Assembly (NCBI GenBank): GCA_964270895.1
Contig: OZ185437.1
Origin: Podarcis filfolensis
Lineage: Eukaryota
Reading direction: 5' to 3' (one strand)
Length of the DNA stretch: 64,000 nt
Part shown: positions 11,835-25,000 of the stretch, piece by piece
Numbering within the stretch: position 1 is the first letter of the stretch
Layout: each line of letters starts with the position of its first letter
Translations under genes and position numbers: made by a program
The notes under the pieces: generated by a model
Told to the model about the DNA's origin: nothing
Seen by the model: only the letters and a program-made list of their open reading frames with translations
Databases searched by the model: none

Positions 11835-13679
11835 CTTGCAGGAGGGTGATATATCCTACACCTATAAAAATAAAGCATAAATAATATGAAAGAGGGACTC
11901 TCCTCTAAAAGTTATTTTAAAGTTAAGTGATGTACATCCTTTCATCAACTGATTGATACAAACACTGTTTGGCTACAAGAAAGTCCCAGGTTTAATGAAA
12001 GCAGATGTCAGAATGTAACACTGCCAATCTAACTGTTCCAAATAAACAAGCCCTTATAAAGCAAATTAGAAGAAAATCATTATGTTGTAGGGTTTCCACA
12101 CAGTCAGCCAACTCACTAATTATAATGCTCTGTACAAGTTAAAATTGATTCTGTAACCAGGGCAGATCAATTAGGAACCATATAGCAGTGCTCAAATTAA
12201 ATATTGAAATCTACACCAAGAGTTTTCATCCATAATTAGCGAGAATATTAGTATTTATGACCTATTCTCACAGGAGCCTGATTAACTCTCCAAAACTGAG
12301 ATCACAGTGATTTTCAATTATTAATATAGGAAGCCTTTTCAACGAATCATGTTTTATAAGACAGATATACTATTAAGTCCTTGAAAAGCTCTCCCGGGAA
12401 AGTATCAATGCCCAGTGTGCTTTCAGACTGAAGAGGCTTTTGTGGAAAGATAAACCTTCTGCTCTTTACTTGCAAAGCCTAAAAGACTTCTCAAGGGGAG
12501 ACATGGCATTTGCAAAACATATGCTTTAGCTACTTCGCTCAGTTCATGATACCCACACGGTGCATAATTTGAAGCTGCTTTTATTTTTAGCACCCACTTT
12601 GGGGAGGATAGAGTACCACGCACATTTAAATAAATTATAAAGTTTCGGAACATCTAGAATAGCTATTTAAATATTTTTCTCTCACACCTTGTATTTCTTC
12701 ATTACACAAAAATTGTGTGTATGAGAGAGCGAGTGAGTGAAAACAATAGATTTTAACTTTTTAATATGGCTTTTACTATATTATACATGCAACCAGAGCC
12801 AATGCTCATGTGGAAGATGAGGTTTCTGGCTACCCCTGCACTTGCAGGGGTAGAAACAGAAGGCAAAACAGTAATAGGGGTTTTAAAAATACCAGGTGAA
12901 ACCGTTTTCAGAAAAGTAATCTAAGTGATACAAAATATATCAACAATTTTTAGAGTCAACTATTTCAAGAGCTACTGAAAAGCCAAACACACTTTGCCCT
13001 GTTCTCTAACTTTGCAGCGATGCCAGTACTTGAGAGGTGAGCTCTACCCACTTCCAGACTCACTAGGACCAAGAGTTCATCTTTTAGCCACTTCTCAATC
13101 TGACTGTTGTTAAATCTGCCTTGCTATTTTTCAGAAACAACAAATGGTTCAGAATGCAACCACAGAATGTTCACTGGGATGAGCCACAGGGAAGCTGTCT
13201 TTCCTTTGAATTTAATCACACATCTAAGTTGCTGGAGGAAAACTTGTGGCTCTTCAAATGTTGCTGGACTAAAATGCCCCATTTTTCCTCCCAACACTGG
13301 CCAGCTGACTAAGGTTGTTGAGAGCTGAAATCCAGCAACACTTGGAGAACCACAGGTATCCCACCCCTACTTTTATATCTTCCTCAGGAGCCCAACTCTA
13401 GATCACAGGAGAGGGCTACCCAAGACAGGGTACTGGAAGACCTGTTCCCTGCTTTGAAGGCCTTTTTCCACCTGGCCTGGGAATGTGGGGCCTGGACTGA
13501 TTCCAGCTGCAAAAGTTGAAGCTGCTGAACAGATTCTTCGGCTGAGGTGTTTGGGGGTTTTGCTGTAATGGGGGGGGGGCTGCTGCTGTTGGTTTTTTGT
13601 ATCTTTATTTTAGGTACTGATGTAATTTATGTGGAAATCGTTCAGTTTGGTTGTGTATTTTTTATGTTTAATTGATTAT

Positions 13680-13691
13680 GACTATTATGAC

Positions 13692-13737
<46 letters not shown>

Positions 13738-13780
13738 TATCTGGCTGGGTTTCCGCAGCCACTCTGGGCGGCTTACAATG
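13680..13780 (-). mobile_element. LINE (L2-type) 3' tail with (ATT)n microsatellite
   Basis: (att)n followed by ctggctgggtttccgcagccactctgggcggcttacaa; the same tail motif recurs near 17300, 17845 and 58110, with (AAT)n at 17337-17395 and 58162-58207. Confidence 0.6.
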
Positions 13781-14549
13781 TCTCTAAAAACATAATAAAA
13801 GCATCAAGCATGTTGTAGTTATGTATTGTTTCATGTCGTAAGCTGCCTTGAGCATGGTTTGAATTGTGGAAAGGCAGTATACAAATAAAATTATGTATCC
13901 ATGTATGTATGCATGTCTGTCCAAATGTGACAACAGGACCGTGCAACTCCTCGCCTTCTACCCAAGTAGGCTGATGCCAAATTAACACTACACTTTTTCA
14001 TAAGCCTTGGCTGCTTTTGGTAAGTTTTTCTGCTGTTTATTGCAGGAATTATTAGTTGGCTTTCATTCTGTTTTTGTTTAATGCATTTTTGTTGTTTTAA
14101 TGTGTATATGTGAGTCACCTTTCCAAATTTCCTGGTTCAAAAGGCAGAATATAAGTTTTTAATAACTAAGAACCAGTGTTGCACAATGAATACCATGCTG
14201 GATGTGAACTGAGGAAGATCTGGATTTAAATTCCCACTCAAGGGATGAAGCAGATATCTTGATCCAGTTTATCTCCACCACTCAAACATGCATTCCTCCC
14301 CCCTAACTCACAGGTAGTTCTGAGGCTAAGATGAATAGCTCAGTGCAAAATACCTTGAGGTCCTTGGGAGAAGGAAAAGATATAAACGTAAATTGAATTT
14401 TAAATACACATATATACAGAATAAAATTAAATCAGATTCATGTTGAGCTGTCCAAAGGCATTCGTGGAACAGAATTTGTGTCATGTCAGCAAGTAGGAAC
14501 AGCAAATCTTACAGGATAAACTACTGAATAACAGGAAAATGACTTAGAG

Positions 14550-15122
14550 CACAGCTTTCAAAACTGTGTCGCGACACATTAGTGTGTCAGCTGCAATGTG
14601 TAGGTGTGCTGTGCAAACACTCCCCACACTCCTCCCGAGGCTGGAAAGGGGTTAGTTTAACCTCCGGTTTGCTAGTAAAATTGAATTAAGGTAAATGTAA
14701 AGGGACCCCTGACCATTAGGTCCAGTCGTGACCGACTCTGGGGTTGTGGCGCTCATCTCGCTTTATTGGCCAAGGGAGCCGGCGTACAGTTTCCGGGTCA
14801 TGTGGCCAGCATGACTAAGCCGCTTCTGGTGAACCAGAGCAGCGCACAGAAACGCCATTTACCTTCCTGCCGGAGCGGTACCTATTATCTACTTGCACTT
14901 TGACGTGCTTTCGAACTGCTAGGTTGGCAGGAGCAGGGACTGAGCAATGGGAGCTCACCCCGTTGCAGGGATTCAAACAGCCAACCTTCTGATCAGCAAG
15001 CCCTAGGCTCTGTGGTTTAACCCACAGCGCCACCCGCGTCCCTCTAAAACTGAATTACTGGGTCGCAAAATGATGCATGTCTAAAAAGTGTGTCACCAAC
15101 ATGAAAAGTTTGGAAAGCTCTG
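14550..15122. mobile_element. hAT-type MITE interrupted by a Sauria SINE
   Basis: TIR-like ends cacagctttcaaaact / agtttggaaagctctg; 8-bp flanks acttagag / actttgtg (6/8). Confidence 0.6.
14687..15042 (-). mobile_element. Sauria SINE (full length)
   Basis: Minus strand begins GGGACGCGGGTGGCGCTGTGGGTTAAACC; tRNA-like head; (ACCTTT)-type tail; TSD-like taaaattgaatta / taaaactgaatta. Confidence 0.9.
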
Positions 15123-16989
15123 ACTTTGTGTAACTGAGGATTTTCAGTGTGTGCATGACTAAGGCAGGGTTGTTGTGGAGGTGCACATCAGCAGCACTGG
15201 GCAGCTGCCCAAGGTCTCAGGAGGGCCCACCAGCACTACCTGATGCACTACTCAAGGATAGTGTAGCTGTCTGAGCAGGAGGGAGTTCCAGAGCTCCACA
15301 ACTTGAGTTGGGAAAGCAATAGGGATCATTGTAGCTTCGGTCCCTAAGCATTGCCATATGTCCTGGTCTGAAAAGCACCTGATGAGTACCAGAGGCCAAA
15401 ACAAAACTAAGTATTATAATCATAAGTGCAGAAAGTATTTTTTGCACTGACTTAATCTCAATACTATAAAAAGGAGTGGCACCTTTGAAAGACTTCTGTC
15501 TGCTTTCATTTTCGTTTCTTTGACTCATTTTAGTTGCCAAGCCCTGTTTATCTGTTTCAGTCTATCAAGTTACTGCAAAAAGGAGAGTTCGTGCAGCATA
15601 GTGCCTAAAATAACTGAAGAAGTTCAAATCTACCTCCACCCTAACCTCACTTGTTGATTTTAAGCCTGTATCTGCCACCTGGAAAGAATCATGTTGATCT
15701 ACCTTACAGAAGATACTAGGCCCAAAACATACCATGCAGGCAGTCCAAATGCAATTGTTAAGTTAAACCATAGGTACTTAACTTGGATTTATTATGTTGT
15801 TCAGCATTGTGAACAAAAAGGTCTATACAGGATTTCTTTGAGGATAAAATGAACAGAGAAAGAACCAATGAATACTGCTTTGAGTGTATAGCTATTTTTA
15901 AATGTCCATTTAGAGCTCAGGGTTATGAATGGGTCAGAAATTTTCAATTTATTTAATTTAAATATTTATAAACCACACTTTCATATACAATATCACAAAG
16001 GCAACATACAGACTAAAAGCACAATACAGAAAAACAAGAAAAACATCAAATTGATGATAGTTTATACAGGGGGAGGGAGTGCTTGTTTTGTTTCTTCACG
16101 CAAGTCATTAAGCTTTACACAAGTTGTAAATCTAAATAAAAAAGTGCATGCAATGATAATTCTGTTACGGCAAAGAGTGCATATGCACTGTGTTCACATA
16201 TGCATATGAAAAACTGTCATGACAGCTTGGATTCAAATGCAACAAAAGGAAGACAAGCAATTAAGAGATTCAAAATGGTAATTATGTAAATAACTCCTTT
16301 CAGAAACTATTATAATAACCAAATTATTACAAATCAGTCTTATACGTGGAAAACAAGAAACCTGTACAAATAACTGAAACAGATGCAAAGTAGATGCCAC
16401 TAAATATACAACAGGAATACATGAAAGATGGCGTTCTAATGAAAATTACACAGGTGCTCTACAACTGGTAACTTTGGGTCTATTTGTAAAATATCTGAGA
16501 TTGTGGCTTTCAGAATTAAAATCTCTGCACAACCTGGAAAATGGAACACCACATTGTAAGTATCTACAATTTCCAAGATAGAAACACTGACAGGTGGAGG
16601 TAATGACAACAACAAAATTACAAATTCACTACTCTGATGCCGTTTCAATGCATCCAGACTGAAGCAATTTGCGCACAATTTGTAGTATAGTTACCGTACT
16701 TACAATGATCGTGTTGACACACCAAACCATAATTAAGCATTGTGTGGATGAGCTGGAACAAATTCAAGCATGTACTGTACTGCCTCCTTGCCCTCCTAAT
16801 TTAGTTTCACTTTTACATCTTGGTTTGTCATTGCACTTCTAGATAGCTATAGAAAAAGCAGAAAGCCCTGCTCTATACTGAAGTTGGTAACAGAAGCAAT
16901 AAGGAACCTGTGCAAGCAAAACACTAGTTTCAAAAAGTTTTATTTTAAAAAAAATTAAACCATCCTCCACCCAATGGGTTCCAATAAGC

Positions 16990-17339
16990 ACAATTCAAAG
17001 TGTTGGTGCTGACCTTTAAAGCCCTAAACGGCCTCAGCCCTGTATACCCGAAGGAGTGTCTCCACCTCTGTCATTTAGCCAGGACACTGAAATCCAGCAC
17101 CAAGGGCCTTCTGGCAGTTCCCTCACTGTGAGAAGTGAAGTTTCAGGGAACAAGGCAGAGGGCCTTCTCGGTAGTGGTGCCCACCCTGTGGAACGCCCTC
17201 CCATCAGATGTCAAGGAGAAAAGTAAATCTACAACTTTTGGAAAGATTCCCTATATATTGAAGTTTTCTAATGTTTAATGTTTTGTTACATTTTATATAT
17301 GGCTGAGGCAACCCAGTCAGATGGATGGGGTACAAATAA

Positions 17340-17381
<42 letters not shown>

Positions 17382-17395
17382 TACTATTATTATTA
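16990..17395 (+). mobile_element. L2 LINE 3' fragment with (AAT)n tail
   Basis: Encodes FKVLVLTFKALNGLSPVYPKECLH, a typical post-RT L2 segment, followed by the L2 3' end and tail. Confidence 0.75.
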
Positions 17396-18229
17396 ACAAA
17401 CACACAATATAACAAGACAGTACAGCATCTTCATACAAGTTATAGGACTGGGGAGCCAATGGTCCAAATCATCTCTCAGCTATGAGCATCACTTGGTTAC
17501 CCTGGACCAGTCTCTCAGTCTAACTAAGTGATGTTACAATGATAAAACAGAGAGGAGTAGGAACCATATATGCAATCTTGAGCTCCTTGGAGGAAAAGTG
17601 GGATATAAATATAGCAAATAAAAATAAATTATATTAAAACCAAAAGCTCAGCTGATTAAAATCGGATTAACCTTATGCCAAAAAGATTGTAGCTACGGTG
17701 CCAGTCAAACCTCCCTGAAAAGAGCATTCCAAAGTCCAGGTGCCACCACAGAAAAGGCTCTCCAGCAACTAGCACAGATACAATTCCCAACCCAAGAACA
17801 GCACTGTTCTTGTGGTATTTTTCTTTTACTGTACTATTTTTTGTTGGGAGTCGCCCAGAGTGGCTGGGGCAACCCAGTCAGATGAGGGGCATATATATAT
17901 AATTATTATCATTATCATTACTTAGCACAAACTGCAAGGAGGGAAATGGGTCAAGGCTGCAATCCTACCCCCAGCTATGCAGAAGCAAGCCCTTCCTTGT
18001 CAAACCAGGGAGCCTACTGCTAATTTTTTGTCAGCACCCAAAGAAAGCAGCTACGGGCAGCTAGTGCAGCTTGAACTGCACCGAATTCCTGTTAAAAATA
18101 AAAAGTAAATGTTTGTGCTTCAAAGACAGGCGTCCAGAGCATCCTCAGATAAGAGGCCTGCCTGTCCCTGTGAAAACCCTCAAAAGCATACTTTCTCACC
18201 CACCACGCCTGAAGGGTCCAGGAAGACCT

Positions 18230-18800
18230 GCCCCGTATCCTGGGGGCGGGGAGGGCTGCAAGGTCAGGGGCAGCCCCGCCCCCATGCAACGCCAGGTGCG
18301 CCCACCCACCCACCGCCCATCTTGTCGCGAGGCCACCGTGGGCCGCCAGCGAAAGGCAGGCGGCGCGTCCGCCGCCCACAATCCCGGCCTTACGTTTCTC
18401 TGCCTCTTTCCCCAACGACCCCAATAGAGAGAAACGCACCAAGACCCAGGGAAAGGACAGGCTCCCACCCCGCCCCACTTCCCCAAGCACCGGACCGGTG
18501 GGGGGTGGGGCGGCGGGGAAGGGGAGGGAAACCGGGCCCCGCCCCTCAAGGGTCCGCCCCCCTCCCCACCCGCCGGCCCGAGCGAGACGGCGCAGGGCGC
18601 AGGCAGCCCAGTCCAGCCCCCTCATCCCTCCGCCACACTTACCGGGCTGGCGAGCTCGAGCGCGGCCCCCTCCCCCCCCTCTCCTACACCGGCTGTCGCG
18701 TCCGCGCGTCGGCCGGCGCGCTGACGTCACCTAGCAACGACGCTCCCGCCGGCCCTGCGCGCTGACGTCCATAGCAGGGTGCAGGAGTGCGTCAGCGAGA
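18230..18800 (-). promoter_or_regulatory. BTBD9 CpG island promoter
   Basis: Very GC- and CpG-rich; GC boxes, CRE TGACGTCA at 18722-18729, X-box-like GTCACCTAGCAAC at 18726-18738. Confidence 0.85.
18643..18760 (-). other. BTBD9: Probable non-coding exon 1 of BTBD9 (5' end approximate)
   Basis: CCG|GTAAGT donor (plus strand acttac, 18637-18642) inside the CpG island, about 6.8 kb upstream of the first coding exon. The TSS cannot be fixed from sequence alone. Confidence 0.7.
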
Positions 18801-19004
18801 TACTAAAAAGCTTAGAAGATCCTTCATACCTGGTTGGGCCAAAGACACAAACATACGTGGCGATTCAGTTCTGGGAAAAGTGTATAAATGGTTTCCAAAC
18901 ACTCAGTCTGTTTGCATTTATTTACTTATAGCTATGAGTTTTCCTGGGAGACTTTTAAAAAATAAAATAAAATAAGGATTTTGTCAGAATGGCAGAGGCC
19001 CAAG

Positions 19005-19345
19005 AGCCTCTGCTCTACGGGGAGCTGGCTTCAGGCACCAGAACAACTCTGCATTGCAAAGATGTCTGCAAACATGGCATGAAGGCTGCCAGCACCAACC
19101 CGGCCTTGTGGGAATTCCTTGCAGGTGATCGCAGTGCATGGAAACTGACAGTCAGGTCCTGTAGCCACAGCAGTGACCAGAGGAGGAGGCACCACTGGGA
19201 AGAGCACAGAAAGGACAAACACCATTGTGCATCTGCAGCAGCAGAACCAGACGCCTTCATATCTCGTTTTCGCCATGGCCTGCTCTATAACTCTCTTAAC
19301 AACCTTCACCCATGAAAGCACACACTTCCATTGTCTCCTGAGACA
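19005..19345 (+). mobile_element. RTE-clade LINE 3' fragment
   Basis: ORF 18989..19315 LLYGELASG...KDVCKHGMK...WEFLAGDRSAW matches the RTE ORF C-terminal pattern (LYGEL...KD.CK..MK....WE.LA.DR..W). Confidence 0.75.
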
Positions 19346-21804
19346 GACACCTGCCAACCCTACATGAAAACACACACACACACACACAAAACAAAACAAA
19401 AAAAAACACTGTCAGAAAGTGAATGTAGAAGCCAAAGCGCCTATGGACTTGGGCCTCTGCCATTCTGACAAAATTCTTATTAAATAGCCACAAGAAAACT
19501 TCTAGTTAAATCTTTACGGCCAAGAAAAGAGGCCCAGATGCCAAATATTCACTTGGGAGTTTTAACAAAACAAGTGGGTTTTCTTATTGAATGGCAGAAG
19601 AGCCTGCTTCCAGAAATGTGTAACATGACAGATATGGAAAGGCCCTACTGTAGCCTAGGACCAAAGCCTAAAGGCACCCCGCCCGCTGAGAGATGTTATC
19701 ATAGCTTTTGCTGACTATTCTATGAGGATCTAATGACAGCAACAAGGACAAATATGAGGAAAAACAAGTTATGTTTTTACAACTTCTGAGCACTGAAAAA
19801 CCCTAAAAACATTCAAACCAGCAATTGAATTACTCACAGCAGCTGGTATAAAACAAGCAGGGCATCCTTTTTTCTAATCCTTGAAACTGATGGCATGCAA
19901 ACCAGAGCTACCTCCCCAAAGGGCATGAGCATGACACACATATTTACTTTATTGAACCTGTCTATCCTGGGGGGAGGGGGAGGAAATCAAGGCAGGAGAT
20001 ACTGGTGACACTGGCCTGTGGGAAGACAGTCCCGTAGCATCACCAAGAAGACGTTTGGGCACAAGCATAGGTGCTAACTCTAAGAGGCCAAGACCCTTTT
20101 GGTCCCCCAAAATTTGGGCTGAGCCACCCCAGCCTCCACTGCAGCTGCTGCTGCTGTGTGAAAGCAAAGGTAAGGCTCCCAATTCCCCACCTACCTCCTC
20201 CTCTTCTGGGGCGCCCTCCCTCCTCTCCTCCCTTCTGGCAGCCTTGGCATGGACCCATGAGCCCCTTGCCACTGTGGGGACTTAACCACTATCACTGCTG
20301 GCATCTAGGCAAGCAGATGAGAGGGCAGTGTGCTGGCTGGGGCTGCTGTCATCCCTGGTCTCAGCCTCTAAGCCCCAGCCCAAGCCCCACCTCCCTTGCC
20401 CAGCTGCTGGAGCCTCAGAAGTGCCCAGTGAGGGCATGTAAGCTTTCCACATCAGCCTATTCATGTTTAAATGCAGAAAGGCACATACAATCACGGGCCC
20501 ATGAGTATAAAATTAAGATTGTTTTCACGGTGGCCCACATCTTATAAAAATTAGGCCAGAGAGAGAAATGAAATGCATTTCAATTGATGTTAGATGGTGT
20601 GTGTTCAGTGATCTCTCCCTTCTGGGTAAGATGGTCCTCAATGTTGGCAGTAGGGAAAATGAAGGTACCCTCATTTGTTATACAGAGACCCTCATTCAGA
20701 ACATCTAGCCCAGTACAAACTCTGCCCCCTCTGGTTCACAGTTCAGTTTGTACTTGAGTTTCGTTTTCAGTCTCTGCAATACCCTCCTTTCACTAACACC
20801 ACAGAATACTGGATACCTAACCCACCCAACCTGCAAAGAAGCAAAAGAAATCTTTAAAACACTTAGCCCGGGCTAAATTAATTAAGGCCCCTTCATAAAT
20901 GGCATGTCCTACCTTTCCTGCGTCACCAACTGCACTCCATTTTACTGCTAAACTTGAAAGTGAATGTATGCACCACAAGTCATAAAGTACTGGACATGTG
21001 AAAGCTTTCCAGCAGCAGGAACTTCTCCAAGTTCAAATATAGCACTAAGCCAGTGTAGAAGCTCAGTGCAAGTACACACTCAAATATGCAAACACTTTCC
21101 TTCTAACTCAGGCATTCGCAGCTTGTGACCCAACATGCAGCAGCTACATATACAGCAATCTGCCAGGTGCCTCTCACTCTCACACACAACCAGTTTTACA
21201 ATTCCAGATGGCAACGAAAACTATCTTCCTGTCTTCTGTATTTTTCTCATCTGCTAAGAGATTAAACAGACATGTCATGTGAAATTTAGGAGTGACTCTT
21301 TTATGAATCCTAGTTTGCGATTACTTCTCTGCACATTAGAAGCTTCTTTCTTCATTAGACGGATGAAGGCTTCTCCCTAACAATGTTAGGAAGCAAGTCC
21401 ATGAGGCAGCATACCAAAAATAATTTTTATTCCAGCTCTAAATGGGCTGTACTCAACTAAGTCCTACTTAGAGTGGACCAACTATAAATAAGGAACCTTA
21501 ATCATGCCCATTAACTTCAAGGGGTCTACTCTTGAGGAGGACTAGCTCTAAAAACCACCCAGTATATCCATAAACATGCAGATATGTCCATTTATTTACA
21601 TACGCACACTCTATGAAAGTATTGATGTATTTTAAAACATTAAAGCATTTCTTCTATCAATCTCATTCTTGGTACTGAGGCTCTCCATAGCAAAGCTATA
21701 TTTTTTTCTGATAAGTCTAATGGATCCCATATTGAAATTGATCCAGACACCCCTTTGAAGAGCTTCCCTGTCTCAACCTGTCAGCTACATAACACCTAAC
21801 TCAT

Positions 21805-22072
21805 GGCCAGTGTGGTGTAGTGGTTAAGAGCAGTAGATTCGAAATCTGGTGAGCTGGGTTCACGTCTCCGCTCCTCCACATGCAGCTGCTGGGTGACCTT
21901 GGGCTAGTCACACTTTTCTGAAGTCTCTCAGCCCCACTCACCTCACAGAGTGTTTGTTGTGGGGGAGGAAGGGAAAGGAGAATGTTAGCCGCTTTGAGAC
22001 TCCTTCAGGTAGTGATAAAGCGGGATATCAAATCCAAACTCCTCCTCCTCCTCCTCTTCTCCTCCTCCTCCT
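21805..22072 (+). mobile_element. tRNA-derived SINE (Squam3/MIR-like) with (CTC)n tail
   Basis: A box tggtgtagtgg, B-box-like gggttcacgtctcc, core gctgggtgaccttgggctagtcac, L2-like tail gccgctttgagactcc...aaagcgggatat. Confidence 0.82.
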
Positions 22073-25000
22073 TAACTTACAACCCCTTAGGTTGAATCAC
22101 TTTTAACTTTACTCCTTTGGTGAACAGATCTAATTAATGACCTCAGTAAAATGTCCCACTTAGCACACAACCCCTGGAAGTGTGGATGGGAGAGATTCTG
22201 ATGGGTTTCCACCATCAAGTACAAACAATCTTATTTCACAGGCATTTGGGGTGAACCAGTGAAACTAGCTTTGAATGACTGTTAATGGACATACATTTTT
22301 GTAACGGCTATATTACATAGACAAATCTATATAATAACGAAATGTCTGATTCCCCTTAAACAATATTTTAATATCCAAAGGTCTTCCACATTCTCAGAAC
22401 AAGTTTTTTGGCTCAGCTGATGGGGCCTCTTTCTCTTATTATTTTTATTCTTGCACGGTGTTATCTAAAACACAACCAAAGGTTGTGGATTTTGGTGGAT
22501 TTGCAAAAAATTCCAGAGCCAGGGCTGATATAGCCAATTGACACTCTTAATCAATAAATCTCAGGTCAAGCCACATCTGCACTACCTAAAAAAAACCCTG
22601 CATAATGTCACTTGAGTTAACCCTTAGAAACAGATGCAACAAATCCAGCACTTCTACAACAGGCACGCACACTTTGGTCAACATCATGGCAATACTAAAG
22701 TAGACAAACAATTCAAAAAATGAGGTAGATCTTACTTGTGAAACATTAATGTGATTGAACTGCCTATCCTAGTGCTATCACAATTAATGTACAGTAGTTA
22801 TATTTGAAGTGCAAACACTAAATCAATGGGCAAAAGTCAAGTGAATTTAACACAAATCCAGGGAGCTAATGCAAATGCTAGCTTAAGAGAAAGCTTTCTC
22901 CTCACAAGTCATTAATTAATTGCAATGGACACTAGATTTTCAGACTTCAGTATTAAGCAGCACAACAAAACTTACAAAAAAATCTGCATTGAAGAAATCA
23001 CACACTAATTGACTTACAACAGTGGTCACATAGAAGCTGCTGAAAAAATAACCATTAACTCCATAGGTGCTTCAGATATATTGAATTGGATATCAGTGGC
23101 ACCGTCCTAGGCATGTTTACTCAGAAATAAGTTCAGCCATGTTCATTAGGATGAATTCTCTAGCCAGTGTTTAGGATTTCAGCCTAAAGGCTCTTCACTG
23201 GCTGTGACCCACTGTATGTGCAGTGTTTGCAAATGACCTAAGCAGCAGCCACAGCAGTGTGCAATTAATGTGCTCTTAGATACTAATTGCACCAACTGCT
23301 TATAGTACCTAAGCAGATCAGTGGTTTTCAGTGGCCTCACAGTGGCTGCAACTGGTCAGTCATTTAAATGGACCCTGGTGCTCCAAAAGAAAATTACAGT
23401 TGGCTTAGGTAAAGCTATTCATAAATGTTTTAAGTTATTATTCTCTTTCAATGTAGAAATTCTTTGGAGTGTACAATAGAGGCTTGACATTAGAAAACTG
23501 TGGACCAATGTCCTTTTGCTCTTAGCAACTGTAGGTAGTCTACATGCACTGCGGTTTTCAGACAGGGCTCTAAAAACTATGACATGATACAGCACCTAAG
23601 AAAGCACAACTGTTACGTAATTATTAGTTCCAAGTCTTTTCCCGAAAGGATTCAATAGCTTCCACTGCTAACAGCGAGATACTAATTGCTCAAAGTGAGA
23701 TATGAGGACAAGAAGGTGGGGGACTGGAACTCATTTCCATGTTTTGACAATCTCCATTTTTAGCTAAATAGGAGGGGGGTGGAATGACTGAGTGAAGCTA
23801 TAGCTTGTGTTAGCCACATCTGTTGTCTTCACAATTATGCAGCCTACACACTAACACTGAAAAGGCAAGTGTATTTCAGATTAATGATTTCCCTTCCCAT
23901 TTGAGCGCTCTACCCATGATTAAAGCAAATACATTTTAAATGTGTTTATACACCCCCTATGGGGCTTTAAAATTATGCTGGCTAGAAGTAGCAAACTTTT
24001 CAATTATGTATTATAGATTAAAAGACATTATTAAAGATGCCAGTAAGAAGGTTGCTTATATACATTACCTTGAACTGTCACCGAAATATTCAACTCCAAA
24101 TAAGTTTTCAAAGAATCATGAAGCTTAACTTAGCCAAGAAACAATAAACATGTGATAAACTGAGAAGCACTGCCCTGGCCGATGTGTTCCTCCTCAAGCT
24201 CCTGAACCAGGCACAACTCTGCCCTGAACAGCAACCCCACCCCTAGGCTACCTCAACTTCCAGGACTATCTCAACAACCAGTTCTGTGCTAACCAAGAGC
24301 TGCTTGTATAAGGCAGATTCCTTCTGTCCTATGTGAAGTGACCCAGACAAACTCAGCCCTGGCAGCAATTCTGTTCACAGTCATTACAGTTGTTCCTTTC
24401 CTCTCAGGGAAGCAGAGTATTCTGAAGAGTTGCATGGGAGGGTGCCAAAAGAAGAGGTTTTTTGGGGGGAAGGGAAGAATGGTGCAGGGCACCTTGTTCC
24501 TCATTTACATATTCTCCCATGTGTTCTGACAAAAGAAGGATGCACAGAGTTTTTAACTTGAAAATATTTTTATTATTATTATTTGATGTCAACACTGCAC
24601 TCAAGGCTGGTTAATCCCAAAAGGAGATCTAAAGTGCTGCTAACAATGCCCCAATTAACAAAGACAGTTGAGTCAGGGCTATTCGGCAAAGTGTGGATTG
24701 CATAGTCTAAATGTGTCAATACAAAGTAAACACTGATGAAGACCAACTAGTTCATGTGTCAGTTTTGTAAACCTTGGGAGAGCTTGGAAACAACTAGAAA
24801 CCCACCGAAGACAGGTAAAGAGCAAACAGGTGGTACATTAACATTTCAGACATCTAGGCTTTAGTTTATGTTAGAGCTACTGTATACCAAGACAAAATTG
24901 ATATTAAGAAGAAAATACACGTCATGCCACCTAGCTCCTGAAGGGCAACTGTGGGTGTGATATTCAGTAGTGCACAAAGTGGGAGAGGAACAAAACAGGA

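Noticed and set aside
18071-18765. Overlapping ORFs of up to 218 aa on both strands
   Set aside because: Stop-poor GC-rich CpG island; low-complexity Pro/Gly/Arg translations with no recognisable domain.
20863-20885. 14-bp perfect palindrome ttagcccgggctaa next to ttaattaa
   Set aside because: About four 14-bp palindromes are expected by chance in 64 kb (4^-7 per position).
21805-21880. tRNA-like sequences (also the heads of the three Sauria SINEs)
   Set aside because: They have A and B boxes but continue into SINE bodies and tails, and I could not fold a full cloverleaf.
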